A stretch of 24,300 nucleotides of DNA from Comamonas kerstersii (GTDB lineage: Bacteria; Spirochaetota; Spirochaetia; Sphaerochaetales; Sphaerochaetaceae): positions 1 to 24,300 of the forward strand of contig CAVJJV010000064.1 of NCBI GenBank assembly GCA_963650055.1, given 5' to 3'. A model generated the notes under the pieces. It did not search any database. It had not been told where the DNA came from and saw only the letters and a program-made list of their open reading frames with translations. A program made the translations under genes and the position numbers. The stretch's first letter is position 1; every line of letters starts with the position of its first letter. Below are positions 17,728 through 24,300 of the stretch, piece by piece.

Positions 17728-19062
17728 TCACCTCCCATCGGGAAGCTCTTTGGCGTATCTATTCATCCTTGCTGCCGTATAGACGGCGGTCAGAGCTTCA
17801 GTCACCGGCATACTCCACCAGAGGGCGGAAGGCGAGAAGAGACGGGGAAGCATAATGATGAGGGCTCCGCTTATGACAAGACCTCTCATCACGGAGACGA
17901 CGAAGGCCGCACGGGGCTTGATTATCGCCTGAAAGTAGTAGGTCGAGAATATGTTGAAAGGAAGAAGGAGGAACGAGACTGAATAGACTCTGATTATACC
18001 GGGGGCCTTGAGGAGAATTTCCTCCGTCGGGTTCATGAAAATTTTTATGTATAGATTCGGGAATGCCAGACTGAGCGCCGTCCAGAAGAGACCGAAGGCT
18101 GCAGTTGAAATGAGGCTGTACTTCAGTGTCTCCTTTATCCTCTCTCCGTTTCCTGCTCCGTAGTTCGTCGACATTATGGGCTGGGAAGCCTGTCCGACGC
18201 TGTATGCAGAGCATTGGACGAATGTGCTTACGTTGATCACCGGGCCGTAGACGGAGAGTGCGGTGGAGCCGAGATATTTCATGATCTCTTTGTTGAAAAG
18301 TATTGTTATAATACCCATTGCTACGTCTATGAAGAAGGTCGGGAAACCCGTCACCGTGATACGGCCGAGTTTACTCCAGAGTCCTGCAGGCTTTGTAATG
18401 CGTAGTGTATTCTTCTTCGAGAAGAAGTGGGTGAGCATGATGAGAAAGGAGATTCCCGAGCCCATGGCGGTTGCAAGTCCCGCTCCGTACATTCCCATAT
18501 TGCACGGAAAGACGAATATGTAGTCTCCCGCAACGTTGAAGATTCCACCTGCAAGGACAGCTGCCGTAGCCTTCCCCGGATCATTGTCGTTTCTCAGGTA
18601 TGCGGCAAGCATCTGGTTGAAGAGAAAGATGGGGAAGACGAACATAATCGGCCTCAGGTAGCTTTCAGCCAGTCCCAGGAGGCTTTCGTCTGCTCCGAAG
18701 AACATGAGGATCCGGTCTTCAAAGAGAACAAACCCTGCAGTAGAGAGAAGAGAGAGGATGACAGAGCCGATGAGAGATGATGTGAAGTACCTGTTGCCGT
18801 CTCCGTTCTCCTCTCCGCATTCTCCCTTCTTGAGGGAGAATATTACACTTCCTCCTATCCCCATCAGGAGCCCCAGGGAGTATATGATATTCCATACCGG
18901 AGCAACGACTGCGAGTGCCGCCGTCCCGTCCGGTCCCTGATACTGCCCCACCATGGCCATATCGACAACGCCGTAGATTGAGCTGATGAATGCACTGCCG
19001 AATGCGGCAGAGAGATACTTGAGATAGAGCGGTTTAATCCTTCCTGTCAAAAGATCATCCAT
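17728..19062 (-). CDS. MATE family efflux transporter
   Basis: About 12 TM segments in two repeats; IYGVVDMAMVGQ, FNVAGDYIFVF..NMGMYGAGLAT, QPIMSTNYGAG. GGAGG SD before ATG 19062. Confidence 0.93.
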   Translation of the reverse strand: MDDLLTGRIKPLYLKYLSAAFGSAFISSIYGVVDMAMVGQYQGPDGTAALAVVAPVWNIIYSLGLLMGIGGSVIFSLKKGECGEENGDGNRYFTSSLIGSVILSLLSTAGFVLFEDRILMFFGADESLLGLAESYLRPIMFVFPIFLFNQMLAAYLRNDNDPGKATAAVLAGGIFNVAGDYIFVFPCNMGMYGAGLATAMGSGISFLIMLTHFFSKKNTLRITKPAGLWSKLGRITVTGFPTFFIDVAMGIITILFNKEIMKYLGSTALSVYGPVINVSTFVQCSAYSVGQASQPIMSTNYGAGNGERIKETLKYSLISTAAFGLFWTALSLAFPNLYIKIFMNPTEEILLKAPGIIRVYSVSFLLLPFNIFSTYYFQAIIKPRAAFVVSVMRGLVISGALIIMLPRLFSPSALWWSMPVTEALTAVYTAARMNRYAKELPDGR

Positions 19063-19082
19063 AAAATATTCCTCCATGAAAT

Positions 19083-19133
19083 AAAAAAGCCGGACAAGAA
19101 ACAGATATCTCAATCTGCGTCTTCTCCGGCTTT
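19083..19133 (-). terminator. Intrinsic terminator in the MATE 5' leader (attenuator)
   Basis: Minus strand AAAGCCGGA-GAAGACGCAGAT...ATCTGTTTCTTG-TCCGGC followed by TTTTTT, about 20 nt before the MATE start codon. Confidence 0.75.
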
Positions 19134-19168
19134 GTCGAATCTTTGTTCAACCTGCCCTCCGAACGAGC
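19128..19168 (-). ncRNA. Candidate riboswitch aptamer (Na+-sensing DUF1646-like) overlapping the leader terminator
   Basis: GGC-AG-GUUGAA-CAAAGA-UUCGAC-AAA-GCC (19156-19128) forms two stems around an AG/AAA internal loop. Its 3' arm is also the terminator 5' arm. The family assignment is from memory of the consensus and is unverified. Confidence 0.5.
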
Positions 19169-19174
19169 ATGAGG

Positions 19175-19225
19175 AGTGTAACTGAAGTGTGGAATAATGA
19201 CAAGTACCGTCTATTTACCTATAAT
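19175..19225. promoter_or_regulatory. Bidirectional promoter (MATE leader / response regulator) with overlapping -35 elements
   Basis: Minus: TTGTCA (19203-19198), 17 nt, TACACT (19180-19175). Plus: ATGACA (19197-19202), 17 nt, TATAAT (19220-19225), 6 nt, ATG 19232. Confidence 0.65.
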
Positions 19226-19231
19226 CCATGT

Positions 19232-19927
19232 ATGAAACTTCTGATAATCGAAGATGAAAAGGGACTCTCGGATGCTCTTGCCCATACCCTCAGGGCGAAG
19301 GGATGGCTTGTCGGGCAGTCTTTCGACGGCCGGAGCGGACTCGAGGAGGCGGAGAGCGGGCTCTACGACCTCATTGTTCTCGACGTAATGCTTCCCTCCC
19401 TCGACGGCTTTACGATACTCGACTCTCTGCGCTCGGACGGAATACAGACACCGGTGTTGATGCTGACAGCCCGCTCTGATCTCAAAAGCCGCATCAAGGG
19501 CCTGAATTCAGGTGCGGACTACTATCTTCCTAAGCCGTTCGACATGGATGAGCTTCTTGCCTGCATCAACGCACTCTCCCGCAGAAGGGAGACTACAATC
19601 GAAACCGGCCTCTCCTATGGCGATATTACCCTGAGAAAGGATGAGGGACTCCTTCTGAAGAACGGAGGGGAGAGCATCAAGCTCAGTGCAAGGGAAATCA
19701 ATCTTCTCGAGATGCTTCTCCAGGCAGGGGGAAGAATCGTGGGTAAGGAGCAGATATTTGAAAAGCTCTGGGGCTTTGAATCGGAATCGGACTACAACTC
19801 GGCGGAGGTCTACATCTCGTTTCTGAGAAAGAAGCTCAAGTACATAGGCTCCTCTACGGAGATAAAGGCCGCAAGAGGAATCGGATATTCATTGGAGAAA
19901 AAGAATGATCAGGGAACTCAGGCGTAA
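19232..19927 (+). CDS. OmpR/PhoB-family response regulator
   Basis: MKLLIIEDE, YDLIVLDVMLP (phospho-Asp), PVLMLTAR, GADYYLPKPF; wHTH EVYISFLRKKL...RGIGY. Confidence 0.95.
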   Translation: MKLLIIEDEKGLSDALAHTLRAKGWLVGQSFDGRSGLEEAESGLYDLIVLDVMLPSLDGFTILDSLRSDGIQTPVLMLTARSDLKSRIKGLNSGADYYLPKPFDMDELLACINALSRRRETTIETGLSYGDITLRKDEGLLLKNGGESIKLSAREINLLEMLLQAGGRIVGKEQIFEKLWGFESESDYNSAEVYISFLRKKLKYIGSSTEIKAARGIGYSLEKKNDQGTQA

Positions 19928-21260
19928 ACTCATAACATTGATGATGGTTTCATTCACCCTCATCATCGTCCTCCTTGTCGCCGTCATCGTCGTTGTCCCG
20001 GAGACACAGAAGAAGAATGAGATAAGACGTAGTCTCGAGTCCCTTTCCGTGGGCACGGAACAAGAAAAGAATGCGGAGACTAGCAGACCCGAGCCCCGCC
20101 CGGACGGCACAGCACCGGGAGAAAAACCCGATATGCAGTCAGATACTCCTCCGGAAAAACCTGAAACATCCACAGAGGACCGGGAAGTGCCGCCTGAGAA
20201 ACCCGCAGGGGCAGAGAGAAGCGTCGATGAACCCGATATGAAAGAGAAAATGCTGAGGGATTACGGCGGAAATGTCATAACGATAGAAACAGACACGGAG
20301 GGAGATGTTACTTCATGGACGAGCACGAGAGACGACTACTACTCCGATGAAGAAATTCAAGCAATACTCTCTGTAATCAGGAAAAACGGAGGAGAGTTCG
20401 ACTACACGGACGGGTATTACTTCCTCCGCCATAAGACTCCCGACGGCTACTCGTATGCCGTTCTCGACTCATCGTCCTCTGCGAACGACTTCGAACGCAC
20501 CCTTACCTGGGGTATAATCGGAGGCGCTGCAGCCTGGGTTGTCCTCTTCCTTCTTTCGCTCAGGCTCACCGCCCTTATGGTGAAGCCTGTCGAGGAGGCC
20601 TTCAGACGTCAGACACAGTTCATATCGGACGCAAGCCATGAGCTCAAGACTCCCGTTGCAGTCATCCAGGCCAATGCTGATGTCCTGAAAAATGAATGCG
20701 GGGAGAGCAGGTGGCTTGACTATATAATCAAAGAGACCCATAGGATGGACAAGCTTGTAAGGGAGCTTCTTTATCTGACGAATCTTGAAAGGAGGGAACA
20801 CGTCTTCGCATCCCTTGATTTCTCCCGCCTCACGTCCGGTGCCGTTCTTCCCTTCGAGGCCCTGGCCTTCGAAAGGGGCAGAGTGCTCGAGAGCGACATA
20901 AAGGATGATATACACATAAAGGGAGATGCGGACGAACTAGAAAAACTCGTCTCGATACTCCTTTCCAATGCCCTCAAGTATTCTTTCGACGGCGCCCGCA
21001 TAACCGTCACCCTCAAGGAGAAACATAGGACGGCATTTCTCTCGGTCAGAAACGAGGGCGAGGGGATAAGGGATGAGGACAGGGACAGAATCTTCGAGCG
21101 CTTCTATCGTGTCGACAAGGCCAGAACGGGGGAGAGCGGAAGCTACGGTCTGGGACTTGCGATGGCGAGAACGATAGCGAACAACCACAGGGCGAAGCTC
21201 ACTGCCGGCGGTGTCTACGGAGAGTGGGTTGAATTCACATTTGAAATAAAGGAAGAATAA
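19905..21260 (+). CDS. Sensor histidine kinase with two TM helices and a Pro/Glu-rich ectodomain
   Basis: FISDASHELKTP (H-box), LLSNALKYS (N-box), NEGEGI, IFERFYRVD, GLGLAMA. Confidence 0.95.
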   Translation: MIRELRRKLITLMMVSFTLIIVLLVAVIVVVPETQKKNEIRRSLESLSVGTEQEKNAETSRPEPRPDGTAPGEKPDMQSDTPPEKPETSTEDREVPPEKPAGAERSVDEPDMKEKMLRDYGGNVITIETDTEGDVTSWTSTRDDYYSDEEIQAILSVIRKNGGEFDYTDGYYFLRHKTPDGYSYAVLDSSSSANDFERTLTWGIIGGAAAWVVLFLLSLRLTALMVKPVEEAFRRQTQFISDASHELKTPVAVIQANADVLKNECGESRWLDYIIKETHRMDKLVRELLYLTNLERREHVFASLDFSRLTSGAVLPFEALAFERGRVLESDIKDDIHIKGDADELEKLVSILLSNALKYSFDGARITVTLKEKHRTAFLSVRNEGEGIRDEDRDRIFERFYRVDKARTGESGSYGLGLAMARTIANNHRAKLTAGGVYGEWVEFTFEIKEE

Positions 21261-21268
21261 ATCTTCTT

Positions 21269-21301
21269 TTCAAGGTTTCTTTAAGGTTCGTTTTCTATCC
21301 T
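21269..21301 (+). promoter_or_regulatory. 11-bp-period direct repeat (putative OmpR-family operator) plus -10 box
   Basis: TTCAAGGTTTC / TTTAAGGTTCG (21269-21290) covers the -35 position of TATCCT (21296-21301). SD AAGGAG precedes ATG 21324. Confidence 0.65.
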
Positions 21302-21323
21302 CTACGTGTAAGGAGAAAAAAAG

Positions 21324-23237
21324 ATGAAGAACAGAATCACAACCTTTATATCGATTGTATTGATTGTTTCCATGCTTATGGTTTCCTGTGCAACGGGAGA
21401 CCAGGGAGGAAGTACAAAGCTCAATGGTTCCACGTCCTCGTCTTCAGAAACGGGAACAAGCGGAGATTTCACATCAACAATCTCCGGCTGGATTTCCGAT
21501 GAGGACGCCGTCAGGACCGTCGTACCGGAAGCCGGAGAGACTCCGGAGAAATACAATGCAGACGACTTTACATATAATGAAGAGGAGTATACTGAAGTAG
21601 AGATCAATCTCTCTTCTCTCTCTTCAAGCTATGCCGGCGGCGATATTACGGTTAAAGAGGAAGAGACTCTGACTACGATTACCAACGGTTCCGAAACGAA
21701 ATACAATATCGTCCTCACAGGTGAGAGCACTGTGGGTGTCAAAATCGTATCGAAAAGTGTCGACTACATGCTTACATTGAACGGTGTGACTATCGTTTCG
21801 GCTGACGGCAGCGATGAACAGGCTCTCAATCTCAAGAGTTCCACCACATGCTTCATGGTGCTCGAGGGGACAAATACCCTCACCGGGTGCGCTACTACCG
21901 AGACGAATGCAGTCAAGGCTTCCGGCTCTCTTGTCATCTCGGGCTCCGGCTCCCTCACCGTCAAGGCGGAGACGAAGAACGGGATCGTCTCGGATGATGT
22001 TGTCGTCGTCAACGGCGGTACGATTGATATCACCCTCAACAGCGAAACAAGTGCGGGAACGGGAATCAAACCTGTCAACGGCTACGTCCAGAACGGAGGA
22101 AAAGTTACGATTACAGGTCTCAATATGACCGAGGGATCCGAGAACAAGGGAATCAAGGTCGACGGAGACGAGGATGAAACGGAATACGGTGCAGGCAAGG
22201 GATATATCCTCATCAACGGAGGCGCCCTCACAATCACGACTTCCGGTAAGGGTATGACTGCAGGCTTCGACTACACCGAGGACGGTGACAAAGAGACATC
22301 AGAAAACGACCCCTGGGCTGATGTCTACATCAACAACGGTCTCATTACAATCACCACGAAGGCCGAACCCCGTGAAGATTCCTCCACAGATGAGAATGAC
22401 GGAGTATCACCGGAGGGTATCGAGGGTAAGAGAAAGGTTGTCATAAACGGAGGAAAGATAATCCTCAACACAACCGATGACTGTATAAACGCATCAATCG
22501 ACGGCGAGTGTTCAATCGAGATCAACGGAGGCCTGATCTATGCATACTCCTCGAAGAACGACTCTGTGGACAGCAATGGAACAATCACTGTCAGCGGAGG
22601 TATCCTGATAGCACTCGGTGCCTCTGTTCCCGAAGGTGGAATAGACTGTGATGAGGACAGCCGCTTTACATATACAGGTGGAACAATCATCGCTCTCGGC
22701 GGCACTAACAATCTCCCTCTGACTGCGGAGAGCACAGGATGCTATCTCACAACAGGTTCCTCGATGAACATGGGCGGAGGTCCCGGCGCCGGAATGCAGA
22801 ATCCGTCTGATATGACACCTCCCGATAAGCCTGATGGTGAAGAGTCCGGTACAGCTCCGTATTCAATGGGACAGCCCGGAGAGATGGGTCAGCCCGGACA
22901 AATGGGACAGCCTGGACAAATGGGACAGCCCGGAGAGATGGGTCAGCCCGGTGATATGGGAGGGCTACTCTCTGCAGGGGACACGATAACACTCCTTGAC
23001 AGTGACGGTAATATAATACTTGCCTTCACACTTCCGGAAAATGCAGTCTCTTCAAACATTCTGATTGCATCGGATGAACTCGAAAGCGGCAGCACATACT
23101 TTCTCTCCTCCGATTCGACCGTGAAGAGTGCAGAGTATACCTTCTCCGGTGTGCTCTCTCTCGGAGAAGTGAGTGTGGATGTTGAGTCCTCATCGAGCGT
23201 AACGGTTACAGAAAGGGCCGCAACAATTACATTCTGA
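21324..23237 (+). CDS. Cthe_2159/DUF4353-family carbohydrate-binding beta-helix lipoprotein
   Basis: Lipobox (LMVSC); repeated beta-helix rungs (GSGSLTV, VNGGTIDI, INGGALTI, EGIEGK, DDCINAS, DSVDSNGTITVSGG, GGTIIALGG); very acidic and Ser/Thr-rich; Met/Gly/Pro insert. Confidence 0.85.
   Translation: MKNRITTFISIVLIVSMLMVSCATGDQGGSTKLNGSTSSSSETGTSGDFTSTISGWISDEDAVRTVVPEAGETPEKYNADDFTYNEEEYTEVEINLSSLSSSYAGGDITVKEEETLTTITNGSETKYNIVLTGESTVGVKIVSKSVDYMLTLNGVTIVSADGSDEQALNLKSSTTCFMVLEGTNTLTGCATTETNAVKASGSLVISGSGSLTVKAETKNGIVSDDVVVVNGGTIDITLNSETSAGTGIKPVNGYVQNGGKVTITGLNMTEGSENKGIKVDGDEDETEYGAGKGYILINGGALTITTSGKGMTAGFDYTEDGDKETSENDPWADVYINNGLITITTKAEPREDSSTDENDGVSPEGIEGKRKVVINGGKIILNTTDDCINASIDGECSIEINGGLIYAYSSKNDSVDSNGTITVSGGILIALGASVPEGGIDCDEDSRFTYTGGTIIALGGTNNLPLTAESTGCYLTTGSSMNMGGGPGAGMQNPSDMTPPDKPDGEESGTAPYSMGQPGEMGQPGQMGQPGQMGQPGEMGQPGDMGGLLSAGDTITLLDSDGNIILAFTLPENAVSSNILIASDELESGSTYFLSSDSTVKSAEYTFSGVLSLGEVSVDVESSSSVTVTERAATITF
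22866..22955 (+). repeat. Five tandem 18-nt coding repeats (MGQPG[E/Q/D])
   Basis: ATGGGACAGCCCGGAGAG / ATGGGTCAGCCCGGACAA / ATGGGACAGCCTGGACAA / ATGGGACAGCCCGGAGAG / ATGGGTCAGCCCGGTGAT. Confidence 0.95.
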
Positions 23238-23243
23238 TTATCA

Positions 23244-23263
23244 GGGCTGCCTCCGGGCGGCCC
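23244..23263. terminator. GC-rich hairpin between convergent genes (possible terminator)
   Basis: GGGCTGCC-TCCG-GGCGGCCC; no clear U-tract on either strand. Confidence 0.45.
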
Positions 23264-23284
23264 GTTCGCTTCTGCAGTCGGGAA

Positions 23285-24226
23285 TCATTCTTCCTCGTAC
23301 TCTGAAGTGTAGTTGGGCTTTCCGAATGTAGAGCCTTTGGCAGCTGTTGTAATCCAGTCGCCTTCACTGTTCGTGTCCTCCGTTGTCGGGAAACGGGCAA
23401 GTACACGTGAAGAAGTCACATTACCCGAGTAGACTGCCTCCCCCTCCCATTCCCCGATTGAGATAAGGTAGTCCACCGCCTCCTGGAACTTTGTCTTCTT
23501 CTCTGCAGCTTCCGTGAAATCTGAATAGGGGAGGGCGTCGATGACTGCGCCGTCAACTTCGTCGTAGAGGAGTATGACACCTGTCGTGCTTATGAGAGTG
23601 TGGTCCATCCCGCCGTCTACATAGTAGGTATAAAGCTCGCTGTATCTTTCCTGCGGGGAGGGTTCCATCCGGCTTTTACTGTCCCAGTATATGACGATGA
23701 TGTCGTCCTCGTTGACTTCAAGCTCGGGGAGGATGACTCCCGCTGTACCGAGGGCGTCGGTAACCATCATCCCTGCAGTATTTCCTCCCCCTTTGACGTA
23801 GAGCTCTATTCTGTCGGGATTTACCTTCGTTCCTGCAATCGAAGCCTCTGTTATGATGAGATCGGCCTTCCTGTCATTCTTCCCGTAAAGCGTGAACCAG
23901 GCTCTGAAGGTGTTGCCCCCGTTTTTTGAGAAAGTCAGTGCGATGGTGAATTTTTCACCCATCTTCAGAGTGCGGGGGAGCGGGATTTCAATGTAGTCTC
24001 CGAGAAGCGTTTTCTTCGTTTTATCTCCGTTGAATACGATTTCATTGATTTCGACCTTCTCCGAGAATCTGATGGAGAAGAGTGAGTTGTCGACAAGACC
24101 GTATTCGAGTATTCTTGCCCAGGTTATATCTTCTCCAAGGAGCAGATTTCTGATTTCATCGCCCGTATTCATGCATGAAATGAGGACGGCGGCCAGTATA
24201 ATAAGGATTAAAAATATCTTCTTCAT
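23285..24226 (-). CDS. Hypothetical lipoprotein, possibly with a lamin-tail-domain-like C-terminal half
   Basis: MKKIFLILIILAAVLISC lipoprotein signal. LIITEA...DRIELYV...GNTAG and DTNSEGDW...STFGKPN resemble lamin-tail-domain termini. Confidence 0.75.
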   Translation of the reverse strand: MKKIFLILIILAAVLISCMNTGDEIRNLLLGEDITWARILEYGLVDNSLFSIRFSEKVEINEIVFNGDKTKKTLLGDYIEIPLPRTLKMGEKFTIALTFSKNGGNTFRAWFTLYGKNDRKADLIITEASIAGTKVNPDRIELYVKGGGNTAGMMVTDALGTAGVILPELEVNEDDIIVIYWDSKSRMEPSPQERYSELYTYYVDGGMDHTLISTTGVILLYDEVDGAVIDALPYSDFTEAAEKKTKFQEAVDYLISIGEWEGEAVYSGNVTSSRVLARFPTTEDTNSEGDWITTAAKGSTFGKPNYTSEYEEE

Positions 24227-24300
24227 AATAATGAAACAGAAAAAAAGCCCCAAATGTCATCTTTATTGACCAAGGGAAATCGGCTATCGGCTTGAAAGCC

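Noticed and set aside
19063..19180. MATE leader as a NiCo riboswitch controlling hypBA
   Set aside because: The leader is too short and lacks the four-way junction of NiCo aptamers, and hypB appears to have its own promoter.
22866..22955. 18-nt repeats as a CRISPR array
   Set aside because: The repeats are contiguous and in frame, vary mostly at codon third positions, and have no spacers or cas genes.
24223..24300. Possible 3' end of an upstream minus-strand CDS (…DIWGFFSVSLL*, ATGA overlap with the lipoprotein start)
   Set aside because: Only 78 nt are visible and a second frame is also open, so it cannot be called.

Overview
A gene-dense chromosomal window of mostly housekeeping genes. 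It probably comes from an anaerobic spirochaete (inference from a short AlaRS lacking C-Ala, an archaeal-type UMP kinase, a eukaryote-type hexokinase, the prfA-prmC-rel order and spirochaete-like lipoboxes). Gene order: alaS 3' half; a minus-strand operon (MalY/PatB, CPBP protease, DUF2974 lipase, DRGH nuclease); sbcB-prfA-prmC-rel; a secreted hypothetical, hexokinase and nucleosidase; patatin; a PflX-like radical SAM protein; pyrH; hypB-hypA; a MATE transporter; an OmpR-family two-component system with a Cthe_2159/DUF4353 lipoprotein; and a second lipoprotein. The best signals lie outside the ORF track: (1) a riboswitch-like leader whose small aptamer-like hairpin overlaps a terminator upstream of the MATE gene (Na+/DUF1646-like candidate); (2) a two-component module whose sensor ectodomain and putative target lipoprotein share a PP(E/D)KP/GTAP low-complexity motif, with an 11-bp direct repeat between them; (3) apparently leaderless promoters on six operon-first genes, and two divergent promoter pairs sharing one -35 element; (4) a decayed group IIC intron 5' fragment just after the alaS terminator; (5) a PD-(D/E)XK nuclease pseudogene fragment next to rel. 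No CRISPR array, tRNA, rRNA or intact mobile element was seen. All family calls come from motif recognition by eye, not from database searches.
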